A stretch of DNA of 63,233 nt, the filler included, from Octopus bimaculoides (Eukaryota): the NCBI RefSeq assembly GCF_001194135.2. It is 5 parts of 5 records of this genome, joined end to end, with 100 filler letters (N's around TTAATTAATTAA, not from the genome) between each part and the next. Parts side by side here need not be neighbours in the genome. Positions count along the whole stretch, not along the records: positions 1 to 31,551 come from NC_068989.1; 4 more parts are not named here. One strand, 5' to 3'. The notes under the pieces were generated by a model, which was not told the DNA's origin, made no database searches, and saw nothing but the letters and a program-made list of their open reading frames with translations. Position 1 is the stretch's first letter, and the number at the start of each line of letters is the position of its first letter. Of this stretch, positions 13,445 to 26,244 are shown piece by piece. The translations under genes and the position numbers were made by a program.

Positions 13445-13724
13445 GTGAGTCATTCATTTGCAAATACAGAACCATTTAGGCGAATGCATAAATGGTGTAT
13501 TTTACCATCTTACAAGCTTGTTTTATGACAGGCATTAAACGAGAAAAAGATACAGTTACTACGGATGCGTGAACGAAAAATACAACGGCACGTTAGGCAT
13601 ACATCCAACAAGGCAGGCGGAAATGAGCAGATGAAAAATGCAGGTGATTCTATAGGACAAGTCAAAAATGAAAGGCAGCATGAGTTTGTGATGGCCTTAC
13701 ATTGTATTGAAATGGAGTTGTGGT

Positions 13725-13751
13725 AAGTAACCTTAGAAACAATATCCTTCA

Positions 13752-13830
<79 letters not shown>

Positions 13831-13931
13831 GAAAGGAATGTTTCTAAGGTTACTGTGAAAGGAATGTTTCTAAGGTTACTGTGAAAGGAATGTTTCTAAG
13901 GTTACTTAGAAAGAACCATTTCTTTCACCAT
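13725..13931. repeat. Small hairpin-like element(s) flanking a (TA)n tract, with a 26-bp unit triplicated
   Basis: GTGAAAGGAATGTTTCTAAGGTTACT x3 (13829-13906); inverted related copies at 13725-13753 and 13907-13931. Confidence 0.8.
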
Positions 13932-15493
13932 GTGTATATATATATAGGATGTGAATATATATAAAGTATGTAAATGTGTGTGTTGTACATATGCGGTTCC
14001 ATATGCAAAGCTGAGTAACAAAAAAGTGACACTCTATAATGTGTAAGCAAAGATCAAGTTAAAACCAATGCCCTACGTTTTTGGGAATCAAATGGGTTTG
14101 AATTGATATTGATCAGGATCCCACAATAGTCCGATTCCCCTCTGTGATACCTCTACTAAGATCACACCACCAGTATTCATATCTGGTAGCTATAGTTGAA
14201 AGAGTAAAGGACACGAATTTATCTAACCTACGAAACCCATATAAACACATTTTAGCTCATTCTAAAGTCAAGGATGAGGGCTACAAAAGAGGTGGGAAAA
14301 TTGTAATGTGTAGGAAGGTCAGACTTTGAGTTCTGCTTGCAGATTGCAGTCGAGAGGAGAGGTACTCAGAGTGCTATGTGGCATTTGATCGATTCAAGGT
14401 GGCCTTTGCTACATATATGTGGGTGATTGTTGTCTTTTATATTTTTTATATCTTATTTGTATTTTACTTATTTTTATATTTTACTTGTTTCAGTCATTAG
14501 GCCACGCCCATGCTGGGGCTATGCCTTGGAGAATTTTAGTCGAACGAATCCATCCCAGTACTTTTATTTTTATTTTATCGGTTTCTTTGTCAGCTCGTGG
14601 TGGTGGGCAAACACTAAGACAAAGATGCACACACACATACATACACACACACAAATACACACACACACATGTTCTTTTTCTTCTTCTCGTTCCTCTTCTC
14701 GTTCCTCTTTTTCTCACCATTTTTCTCGTCTTCCGCTTCCTCCTCCTCCTTTCACATTCTTCTATTACTAACTAAAACTTCTTCATGAGCTTGCTTTCTA
14801 TACCGTTCCTGTAATTCACACATACATATATTTATATACACGCACATACATATATATACACGCACACATATATATATATATATACATGTGTGTATGTACG
14901 TACATGCGCATGAATGTATAAATGTATATATACAAGCATATATATTTGTGTACATCCTAAAATATATCTATTAGTTTGTGCGTCTATATTTTATCACAAA
15001 ATGAATGTTTATTGAACAAATTTTTGCACCGAACATTTCTTACCACTTAACTATAAATAACTCTATCAAAGCGTTTCACTTGGATTTATTTCTTTTTTGT
15101 CGTTGTATTTGTTTCTCTAGCCATTATTATTATTATTGTTATTTTTATTGTTACTATCTTGTCGTATGTGCTGTTGTTATTTTTAATGTGAATGTATATA
15201 ATTATTATTCTTGGCGCCAATTTTGCTAAAACGAATCAATATTTTAATTAATAGAAATAATCGTTAAAATTATTGTTAGTTGTTTACTGATTTCCTTTTT
15301 GTTTTTTTTTTGTTATTGTCCTTGTACTTCTTCACCTTCTACTTAGTATCTTCTTCGCTCCCTTGCTTCCACACCCACCCACAGCCTTATCTTTATCTTT
15401 TTCGTGTATTCTAATTATTTTTTTGAGATTTGTCTGTGAAAAATGTTTAAATGTGTAATGGGTAAATATGTGTATGCATTATTATATGCCTAT

Positions 15494-15562
<69 letters not shown>

Positions 15563-15654
15563 NNNNNNNNNNATGTTTAAATGTGTAATGGGTAAATATG
15601 TGTATGCATTATTATATGCCTATACACACACACACACACATATATATATATATG

Positions 15655-15992
15655 AGGTGGCCCCCTTCGGTCATGAATGATTATGGGATTGCACCTAGAA
15701 AGTTACCCTCCGAGGCACAAGTCCGGGCAAGGTTGTTTGTGGAAGGCCAGCAGTCGCCCATGCATACCAGTTTCCACTCTCCACACCACCAGTGTTATCC
15801 AAAGATAAGGGAAAGGGGCCGATACAGCTTGGCACCAGTATTGTGGCAACGCATTTCTATAGCTCAGTTAACTAGACCAACGTGAAATAAAGTGTCTTGC
15901 TCAAGAACACAACACGCAGCCCGGTCCGGGAATCGAACTCACAACCTCACGATCGTAAGCTCGACGCTCTAACCACTGAGCCATGCGCCCTC
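15655..15992 (-). mobile_element. tRNA(Arg-like)-derived SINE with conserved central domain
   Basis: Head GAGGGCGCATGGCTCAGTGGTTAGAGCGTCGAGCTTACGATCGTGAGGTTGTGAGTTCGATTCCCGG with A-box, ACG loop and B-box, then TTGAGCAAGACACTTTATTTCACGTTG. Confidence 0.9.
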
Positions 15993-16060
15993 ATATATAT
16001 ATATATATATATATATATAAGGGTGCATGGTTCAGAGGTCTGATCAATGAGCATCCACAC

Positions 16061-16851
16061 TGTTGCCATTGTAACGAGGCTAAAGCACTTAGTGAAGTCG
16101 CTTGTCACGGGTTTCCCTTGATCTCTTTTGTGTATGCGCACTAAGTTTTAACATTCTAGCTCACTTCCACTGTTTACAGCAGTGTTTGGAAGGAAGGTGT
16201 GTAGCGTGTGATCGTCGCATTGACTGTGACTGAGAAAGTTGTCATAGCGATACCTGAAAGTTGTCATAGCGATACCCGATTCAACGTTGCAGGAAGTGTA
16301 TATAGAGACAGGTTTTCGAGTGGTTCAGACGTTTGCAAGATGGCCGAAATATATCGCAATTGACGAACGTTCTGAGACACCTGCAACCAGCAGAACTGAG
16401 AAAAGCATTGCAGATGTGCGTGCAGCTGTGATGGGAAACTGTTGAATTACCATTTGTGAGTTATCCTAGGATGTTTCAGATTAATTACCATTCAATTCAG
16501 TCTATAATCAATGAAGATTTGGGTATGAGACGCGTGTCTGCCATGTCTGTGCCAAAACTGCTTTCAGCTAACCAAAGCGATACTCGGGTTTCAGTTGCAC
16601 AAGATCTTGATTGTGTCGAGAACGATGGAAACTGTTCGAAAACTTTGCGTAGGCCAATGGCGATTCTCTACTCAGCTTTCTCTGTCATGGTCAACGCGAC
16701 GACCACACACTACACACCTCCTTCTAAGCACTGCTGTAAATAGCGGAAGCGAGTTACAACGTTATATATTAGTGCGCATGTACAGCAGCGATCAACATTA
16801 ATCAGTGCTAAGCGGCTTTACTCTGTGTGCTTCAGTTCCGTTACTATGGGA

Positions 16852-16853
<2 letters not shown>
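16061..16853 (+). mobile_element. Mariner-derived non-autonomous fold-back element (5' half plus inverted 5' end)
   Basis: N-terminal transposase remnant (QVFEWFRR..DGR; SIINEDLGMRRVSA..VPKLLS); inverted arms ~16061-16255 and ~16671-16853. Confidence 0.8.
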
Positions 16854-16900
<47 letters not shown>

Positions 16901-18087
16901 AAAAATATATCGTTACCGAGAAGGAGACACATAAATGTTCAGATAGCGACTTCGATATGTACAAAGTGAGTGAGAGAGGAAATACAGACAGATAGCTATA
17001 TAAATATGTATATCTGTTGAATAGATACACATACAGAACATATTGGAGACTCCATCTATCCTATAATTTTTTTTCATTATCTAAGCCCATTGCCACCGCT
17101 ATCTAGAGTAACAGTCATATTGATGTTAATAATAACATTAAGAACATTAATAGGAAATCTAAATATAAACAATATCATATATGATATCCATTTTATATTT
17201 TTCGTATCTTGAGTACTTGCTTTTATTGGTGTTAGATGTTGTGTAATTATTTTAATGCGATGTTATTACAATCACCACTAATAAATTACATCAAGCTAAA
17301 TATCATCGTCATTTGATTTGTTTTATGGTGCATAACACACAAATACACATGTCTGGTGTGTGTATGGACACACACATAAGGGAAATAGATGAATTGTAAA
17401 TAAGTTCATATATTGATAGATAAAATAGATAGGTAAGTTGATAGGTACATAGATTGGTAGATATTGAAAAGTATATAAATGCCATGAGTAAGTTTATAAA
17501 GCAAAGAGGAGATAAACATGTTACCGAGGAGGGAGACGAGTAAAAACACGTGATTGAAGTACTTAGAATTTACTGTAAAATTTTCAATGCACGAAGTAGA
17601 GCACATTGAAAATAAATACATCATTGAAATGAATAGAGGATGTAAAGGTTTCGAGTTATACCCTTTGTGAAATAGAAGGTGAAGTTTCATCAGAGACAAT
17701 TTTTTAAGTATACGTTGCCAAATTTTTGATGTCTTTTAAAAACAGCGCAGGTCAATTTTAAAATGGATGTCTAAGTGTGGAGTATATGTATCGAAAATGT
17801 CACAAAATCTTGGTCATATGACGGCAGTGGGAAGAAATATATTGTGAGATAGAAAGAAAACGAGAGGAAGAGAATAGGTGGGGAGAGAAATATCGAGAAA
17901 GGAAGAGGGGAAGAGGAAATAAATGGAAGAGGGGAAATCAAGGAAGAAATACTGAATGGGGAGTGGTGAATTCATGATACCAGTGTTTGTCTGATTGCGC
18001 TTCTCTAATGAAATGTTGACGCGTATTATTTTTTCATTATTTTAGAGGATAAATATTATCTGTTGCGTTTGGAGTAGACAAAATATC

Positions 18088-18697
18088 TGTACGACAGTCA
18101 AGCTTACGACAGTCATACTTACGACAGTCAAGCTTACGACAGTCAAGCTTACGACAGTCATGCTTACGACAGTCATACTTACGACAGTCAAGCTTACGAC
18201 AGTCATGCTTACGACAGTCATGCTTACGACAGTCATACTTACGACAGTCATACTTACGACAGTCAAGCTTACGACAGTCATACTTACGACAGTCAAGCTT
18301 ACGACAGTCATGCTTACGACAGTCATGCTTACGACAGTCAAGCTTACGACAGTCATGCTTACGACAGTCATGCTTACGACAGTCATGCTTACGACAGTCA
18401 TGCTNNNNNNNNNNCAGTCATGCTTACGACAGTCATGCTTACGACAGTCAAGCTTACGACAGTCATGCTTACGACAGTCATGCTTACGACAGTCATGCTT
18501 ACGACAGTCATGCTTACGACAGTCATGCTTACGACAGTCAAGCTTACGACAGTCATGCTTACGGCAGTCAAGCTTACGGCAGTCATGCTTACGACAGTCA
18601 TGCTTACGACAGTCAAGCTTACGACAGTCATGCTTACGACAGTCAAGCTTACGACAGTCAAGCTTACGACAGTCAAGCTTACGACAGTCATACTTAG
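18088..18697. repeat. 15-bp minisatellite CTTACGACAGTCA(TG/AG/TA), about 40 units, interrupted by a 10-N gap
   Basis: Directly visible tandem array with three variant unit ends. Confidence 0.97.
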
Positions 18698-18765
18698 AAT
18701 ATTTTACATCCAGAATATAAATGTGTATACACGTCTTTCTCGGATTCTTTTCGTTTCCGAGCATT

Positions 18766-18861
18766 TCTTTCTTCATTTCGGCTTCCTCATGTATGCTGGT
18801 GTCTTTGATGACAGAAAAGACCGATTTTTTTGTTGAACAGTACTTCACAGAGGTCACACTT
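18766..18861 (-). pseudogene. C2H2 zinc-finger fragment resembling the N-terminal ZF of R2-group non-LTR retrotransposons
   Basis: Manual translation KCDLCEVLFNKKIGLFCHQRHQHT*GSRNEER (CxxC-x12-H-x4-H with K.GL..H.R..H...N.ER spacing). Confidence 0.4.
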
Positions 18862-18954
18862 GATGGTCAGTAAACGCTTTCATTCGAGTTGGTAATTCTC
18901 TCATCGTGACCATTAATCTTCTACGTTTCTTCGATGATATATTTCAAAATGGTA

Positions 18955-19365
18955 GGGCGGCGAGCTGGTGGAAACCTTAGCACAGCGGGCGAAATGCTCA
19001 GCAGTATTTTGTCTGCCGTTACGTTCTGAGTTCAAATTCCACCGAGGTCGACCTTGCTTTCATCCTTTCGGGGGCGATAAATTAAGTACCAGTTACACAC
19101 TGGGGTCCTGTAATCGACTTAATACCTTTGTCTGTCCTTGTTTGTCCCTTGTGGGCAATAAAGAAATAAGAAACGTTAGCACGCCGAGCGAAATGCTTAG
19201 CGGTATTTCGTCTGTCTTTACGTTCTGAGTTCAAATTTCACCAAAGTCGACTTTGCTTTTCATCCTTTCAGGTTCGATATATTAAGTACCAGTTGCGTAC
19301 TGGGATCGATCTACTCGACTACTACCCTTCTTCCAAATTTCGGGCCTTGTGCCTAGAGTAGAAGC
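18955..19365 (+). mobile_element. Two tandem SINE copies (GTCGATAAATTAAGTACCAG family)
   Basis: GGCGGCGAGCTGG head and core motif present twice. Confidence 0.9.
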
Positions 19366-21414
19366 GGATATATTTTAAAGTGCTTGAAACCAGTCTTGGT
19401 GATGTGACACCACACTGTTCTGTTATCTGCCTGGGGTTCTCAGGATTTATGGTCAATAGGAATGTTCTTCATCATGTGTTTCAGCTGATTATTGTAGTAT
19501 CGCATGGGATACCCGTGTGACCCCTTTGAAGTACTGGGGATAGCTGTGTAGAAATGTGCTGTAATATGCTGGGGAGCAAAATGGAATAGGGAATGAATTG
19601 TGGAAGGGTGCAATTATGTTATCATGACACCGCTATTCATATCTGAATTTGAGAGCTATTTGATTGCAAAAAACAGTAGACTCATTGTCTGAAAATACAC
19701 CGTAGCCTGAACAATGTGAAATATTGTGTAGCGAATTGTTTTTCTGTCTACCGCTATAGTAAGTTGTCAATTCGTCCATATCAGTTTCATTTTGTCCGAT
19801 GAAAGAAGTGGATGTAGGGAAAACTCCAAATTTATCGTCGAATGGGTCAACCGAAATAAAATATATTATTCTTCCATATTTGAAATTGTTTCCCTGTTGT
19901 ATAAATTCACACACACACACATACACATTAGAAAGAGGCAGTCGAAACAGACATGTATCTTGTTACAAAATAAATCAGTTTTAAACCGAAAATCTGAAAT
20001 ATTAAACAACTGCAGACATTCTCAAATTCTTGGTTTCCGACACACATTTTCGCCGACCGTGCATACTCGTTTCTCTCTACCACAAATTGTTTCTGTTATC
20101 ATGATAATTTCGAATGTATTACATACTTTCTCACCACATCTTCGTACTCTTGATCTGCATTTGATCCAGATAAAATATTCAAATATCTTTTATATGTACA
20201 TAGTATTTACCCGACATTACAGACATTAAAATATAAGTTACGCAAATGACTTTTATTCGATACATATTAAGTTTTTAAATTAGAGCATCCGCATCCATTT
20301 GTTTAATTTATTCCTTCTTCCTCTATGTTTATATTCCCGTAGACATTTTAAATTATATTTCATCCGTTAATTTTCGCTAGATATTTGTGTCATTTCATTT
20401 TCATTCCATCCATCAACATAATTTACAAAAGCTGTCTCACTCCTTATCCTCTAAACCCTATTTAATACATGCTTTCTGTTCGCTCCTGCCTGCAATTCCC
20501 ACCACCCTGTGTGTATATTTGTGTCTATATGTGTGTATGTGTTGTATTCATACTGAGGTATCATTTCAACACTTCAATGTTTAGCAAACTCGTGTACCAA
20601 TGACTGGATATGTTCTTCCGCCTCTTTTTCTTTTTAACTATTTCCCTCGCTTTACCATTTTATTTTCTTATATAAAATCTGTTTCACTCAATTTTTCCAA
20701 CAGCAAATTCTTTGAGAAACTAGTCATATTTTAATATACCTTTTGGCTTTTAATTATTTATTTTAAAATGTTTACCATCCACTTTCGTCGTCTATGTTCT
20801 TTCTGTTCTTTTTCAATTCTTAAACGATTCTTTTATTTTTAATTGGCTGCAAATATTGTAAAAATTCCCCGCTATGAATGAATGGCGATTCGTTTCATTC
20901 AACTTTATTTCACACCTTATCAGCATTGACAGTTTTACGTCAACACTTCCCAAAATTTCCATTAGTTTGAAAATGTCATAATGCCCTGTGAAATTAGCTT
21001 GAAATATACATTTTCCAAATAAGAATCAGTGCACCATTTAAATCATCTTGGAATATTCACTAGATGCACTTCTGTCTGACAATCAGTCACGTAAAATTTG
21101 AAATAACAGATCCCAAGAAAGTGATACATGTGGATCGTCTGTGCATCTGTAATAAAAAGATGTCTTCGAGCGAAGAAGGTGCGCATGCTCCACATTGTTT
21201 TTAGGCACTTTTTGAATCTTCGGCCTACATCGGTCGCTTAGATCGCCTCATTTTGAGTCATATACATTTGTGTACTGTTATCTTTGGTTTGCCTCCTGAA
21301 CGTATGGCGAGGTCTTTAGTGTATTGTTCTGCCACTCTTTTGGAGAGATGAAACTATTTCGCTTATATACAAATATTGTATATTTAAAAACAACTCAATT
21401 CGGTAACATTTGGG

Positions 21415-21796
21415 GGAAGGTGACCAGTCAATTAGATCGACCCAAGTGTTTCACTGGTATTTAATTATCGACCCCGAAAGGATGAAAGGCAAAGTCGATC
21501 TCGGTGGAATTTGAACTCAAAACGTGGCGACAGGCGAAAACCGCTAAGCATTTCGTCCAGTGTGCTAACGATTCTGCCAGCTCACATAATAATAATAATA
21601 ATAATCGTTTCTACTATAGGCACAAGACCAAAAATTCTTAATGAGAGAGGACTAGTCGATTACGCCAACCCAAGTGTTTTACTGGTACTTAATTATCGAC
21701 CCCGAAAGGATGAAAGGCAAAGTTGACCTCGGTGGAATTTGAAGTCAAAACGTAATGACTGGCGAAATACCGATTCTGCCAGCTCGCCGCCTTTAC

Positions 21797-21830
<34 letters not shown>

Positions 21831-22045
21831 TTCATTTCCACTCTAGGCACAAGGCCCGAAATTTCAGGGGAAGGGTCAGTAGATTAAATCAACCCCAGTA
21901 CGCAACTGGTACTTAATTAATCGACTCCGAGAAGATGAAAGGCAAAGTTGACCTGGGAAGAATTTGAACTCAGAACGTAGACAGACAAATTTCCGCTAAG
22001 AACTTCGCCCGGCGTGCCAACCTTTCTGCCCGCTCGCCGCCTTGA
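21415..22045 (-). mobile_element. Three tandem SINE copies separated by (ATT)n tracts
   Basis: Copies at ~21415-21590, 21600-21792 and 21835-22045. Confidence 0.9.
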
Positions 22046-22119
22046 ATGATAATAATAATAATAATAATATTGTAAGAGGTTATTACATTTTATTATCATT
22101 ATCTATAAATGTTACAGAG

Positions 22120-22330
22120 CAGCGAGCTGGCAGAGTCGTCAGCACGCCGGGCAAAATGCTTAGCTGCATTTCCTCTATCTGCACGTTCTGAGTTCGAATT
22201 CCGCCGAGGTCGAATTTGCCTTTCATCCTTTCAGGGTCGATAAATTAAGTACCAGTGAGACTCGTATCGATGTAATCGACTAGTACCCTCCCCACAAATT
22301 CTCAGGCTTTGTGCCTATATTAGAAAGGAT
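22120..22330 (+). mobile_element. SINE copy head-to-head with the preceding array
   Basis: GAGCTGGCAGAGTCGTCAGCACGCCGGGC...GTCGATAAATTAAGTACCAG. Confidence 0.9.
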
Positions 22331-23019
22331 CATCTATGAATGTTATACAATTCAAAATCGATAAATTAAGGTAAATTTCATTGAAATACATACATAACTA
22401 TGTGCATGAGCCATGCATCCATAGTGAATCTTCCATGTGCTAACATGTATCGCCTTGCAACAATGTAAACTTTCATTTAATCAAGATGTCCTTTGGCTAA
22501 AGTGTAGCCCGCGGCGATATACACCTCGCTTGGATATTTACCCCTCCTGAGGTTTCGTTCGCTATCAAACATACGTAGCCCGGATCTTATCAACTCCATT
22601 CTTGTATTCTTATTCGCATACCTGGCAACCCTCGTCACCTACTGTAAAATACAAAAAGAACTTTTTTGGGGGTTTATCGTACTTCGATATTAAAAAAATC
22701 CATTACCTTCCGTTTCAGCAAACCACTATTATCCCCGAAAGATGGCTTTTATACTTACTACGGATTGCTTGAAGCTAACTTCCTTCCTCACCTCGATCCG
22801 TGGATCTTTTATATATATTTGTATAAACACACAATATATTTACATATACACAAACATACACACTTATATATACATAGAGAAATATATATATATATATATA
22901 CATACCTACATACATATACACACACACAAACAAACGTGTGCGTATGTTTGTTTCTCTCTCTCACTCTCTCTCACTCTTTCTCTCTCTCTCTCTATCTCTC
23001 TCTCTCTCTATCAGCATGT

Positions 23020-23190
23020 GTGTGCGACCTGTGCGGGGTGACGGAAATGCTAACAGAATAAGAAGCGTACTTTTATTGTAATATTTTACTAATTCATTGA
23101 TTTCTTATATTTCCACGATCCGTTTTTCAGAATACACGAAGCACGTGACGTGCAGCTTTAGTTCGGTATTCTTGCATGCGCTAATACATA
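23020..23190. promoter_or_regulatory. Candidate promoter-like, CpG-richer patch
   Basis: CACGTGACGTG (E-box/CRE-like) near 23142, TGCATGCG, GACGGAAATG; motif presence only. Confidence 0.25.
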
Positions 23191-23651
23191 GCAGGAATAT
23201 ATATATATATATATATCTGTGTGTAGAAATAAATAAATGTGCATATATCTATATAATTATATCCATGTGAGTGTATTATATTTGTGCTGTGGTACTTAAT
23301 GTCAGTTACGTTTACATGATTTCAAATGAATATACGTTCACATAAAATATTATAAAGTTTGGTATTAAACTTTAAGGTCTTTTTTTTACCATTCGATTGC
23401 TTAATCTTTCCTATGAAGAACGATGGAGAATATGAATATAACTGCATAGATTGGTAATTGAAAAAAAAACAAAGAATTATACATATATTATGTAAATCTT
23501 TGAAGATCATAAACGTAATAAATTAGAGTAAATAGTTATAGCTGTCTTATTTAAGCTGACTTTCCCTCTCTCTCTGTATCTATCCACCTCTTTACCTCGT
23601 TGTGCATATATCGTTCTCCCTCTCTTTCTCTCTCACACACACACTTTCTCT

Positions 23652-23684
<33 letters not shown>

Positions 23685-24509
23685 AGTCAAATATTGGAAA
23701 TTCATAGTCAAAATTTTGAAATTAGGAATTATAAATAAAAATGGGAAATTATAGCTGTTTGTTTTCATATTCTAGGGGTAGTCAGGAGCGTGTTTGATGT
23801 TTTTTTTTTCTTTCTTAAAGTATATTCTTGTGTATTTTGTACATAGTAGGGTTTGGAATGGCGTACAAGTGGACAAGTGTCAAAAATTCTATTGAATTCA
23901 AGAGCAGATTTCGTTTCTGTTCAGAATATGTTCACCTGTGTTTGTATATGCGTATATATTATGTTAAATATCCAAATAAGTAAACATTGATTTAAGGAAG
24001 ATTGAAAGTTCTATTGATAGTTTTTTTGCTCTCTGTATGTGTAGGTTAGGTTCCATTGTGTTAACAGAACAATTCTTTAAAAATTGTATTGCTGAAAGTT
24101 TGCAGTCATAAAAGAGCTATTTTGGAGAAGGAATTATCTTTCTTTAACTTGTGTGTTCGTTCGTGCACGCTTGAGGTTGAAACTACGAATGAGAAGAAAA
24201 TGAATCACCAAAACAGGTACATGCACACACACATGCGTACAATAATTCTTTTATTCATACAGATAGATTTCCGTTTTTAAACAGTTCGGCTCACAACCTC
24301 ACAGCAAAATGGTGATAACGTTGTGTGTAAACTATATATCCTTATTTACTGATTAATGGTGGACGGTTCCATATTTAATCCTGGTTGATATTTGTTAATG
24401 AATTGGGGTTTTTTTATGCATTCTTTTTTGTTGGGTGAAAACGTCGGAGCACTTCTAGATCTGTTGGCGTTGAATCGACATACCGTTGCGAAATGATACG
24501 CCCGTCTTT

Positions 24510-25720
24510 TCTATGTAACTTCCCATAGCCCCTGTAATTCAATGGCTAGGTCCTGGTATTTGGCTATTTATTTCTATACTTTTCATATTGATCTTTTCAA
24601 CATTTGGCACTTTCTATTCTCTTTATCTACTACTACTAAATCAGGCCTTCTAGCTTCTGTTACTATGTCAGTCTCAATGTTAGAGTCCCACAACAACTTA
24701 TATTTCTTACTTTGTTGTACTTTAAAAAGAACGTGTTCATACTACTAATCAGCATGCTTGATTTGATTCGTATAATCTGTATTGGGAATCTACTTGGCTT
24801 TTGTCTAGCCTGGATTTTATCCAATTAGTCCTTAATGGTTGATCTTGTGCAGCTACTAACAAACATTCTGTCTCCCTCTTCGGCTTTCCTTTCTGCAGCC
24901 AAACACGTGTCTCATTACTACTATTTGCGGCAACTATCTTTAAGAATCTAGCATGTAACACCTTCTCCGGCCAGTCAGATAATTTCTGCTCTCTTTTCTG
25001 GGTTTTAACTTCGTTTGAGATTTTGGTTTCCCTATACCTTGCTGTGACTCTGGTAGCTTTCAATAAACTTTCTTCACTATTACCTACATAGGAGTCTATA
25101 TTTACTCTAGCTAGCTCCACGCAGTCTTTTACTGATACTAACCCTCTTCCGCCTTCTTTTATATGTAGGTAAAATCTTGCTACTCCTGCCCTTTGGTGGA
25201 GTCCTCCATAAATATTGAATTCCTTCCTAGTTCTTCTGTCTAACGTTGTTAATTCAGTTTATGTCCAATCTACAAAAGATGCTGAATATCTCAGTAATGT
25301 AACTGGCCAAGTATTTACAGCCTTCACTAGCTTCGGACCATTAAGCTTTGACTTCGCTAGCTTCTTGTCCCTTCTGATGTACTCATTTCCAATTTTCGTT
25401 TTCATTTTTGTATTTAGTACTCTGTCAGATTCTAATACACCTAGATACTTAATATTCACTCCTCCTTTCAATAATCTTAATGTCTGGCCATCTGGTAATT
25501 GGATGCCTTCGCTGTTGACTACCTGCCCCCTTCTCATGACTAATATTGCGCACTTATCTATGCCAAATTCCATGCCAAAATATTTGCTGAAGACTTTTAC
25601 ACTCTGTAATAAGGAATCTATCTCTTTTTCGTTGTTATTAAAACGCTTCAGATCATCCATGTAGAGCAAATGGTTAATTTTTTTCTTTACTCTTTCTGAA
25701 CTGATACCCTGCCTTTGCCT
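24510..25720 (-). mobile_element. 5'-truncated R4/Dong-clade non-LTR retrotransposon (RT C-terminus to restriction-like endonuclease), decayed
   Basis: NHLLYMDDLK, GMEFGIDKC, KYLGVLE, KSKLNG..LVKAVNTW, LLVAAQDQPLRTNWIK and LWDSNIETD...RRPDLVVVDKE. Confidence 0.9.
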
Positions 25721-25721
25721 T

Positions 25722-26240
25722 CTATTATTATTATTATTGAGTGAGAGAGCAGCGCATGCCATCAAAGTGACACTGGGGTACAATGATATGAAGCCCAATG
25801 TACACATCATGACTACCCATCTAATAAGGATACATCAGGTCCATGCATCGCAACCATATGTGCACGATATGGTGATCTTATATCAAGATAAACAGTGCAT
25901 GGCCTTACAGGTGGGGCCCAGTTAGAATTTTCTTCAGGTCGAGCAACCCATCCTGCTCAGAAGGTCCCTGAATAAGGTTTGTTTAATGATAAACGAAACG
26001 CCTATGTTTCCAGAAATGAATTATTCAAACTCCAAGGAATTCCTCTCGACACATGGCTATGATGCTTCTCCACTACTTCTGCTCGTGATCAGAGATCCAC
26101 ATATCATCATCCACTAAGGGACATGCTCAACTGGTTAAGGCCAAACAACTGACAGGCAAATCTGTAGTATTGAGCGGAATATTTGCTGTAGCCCATCTTT
26201 TATAATACGACAAAGCAATGTACATGATAACCCTTCGAAT
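25722..26240 (-). mobile_element. ~500-bp interspersed repeat ending in a (TAA)n tail (retroposon-like, family unassigned)
   Basis: Non-coding and GC-richer than the flanks; ends ...GCTCTCTCACTC-AATAATAAT on the minus strand; recognised from memory as a common octopus repeat. Confidence 0.55.
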
Positions 26241-26244
26241 TAAT

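Noticed and set aside
15443-15652. Direct repeat of ~80 bp around a 10-N gap
   Set aside because: Identical sequence on both sides of a minimal gap ending in microsatellite; most likely an unmerged contig overlap.
18088-18697. CRISPR-like array
   Set aside because: Units are contiguous 15-mers without unique spacers, the context is eukaryotic, and there are no cas genes.
19633-19860. Protein-like minus-strand ORF tail (VDPFDDKFGVFPTSTSF…) with several N-x-S/T sequons
   Set aside because: The expected acceptor reads TTTTATTTCGG (no AG) and there is no recognisable homology; cannot be supported as an exon.
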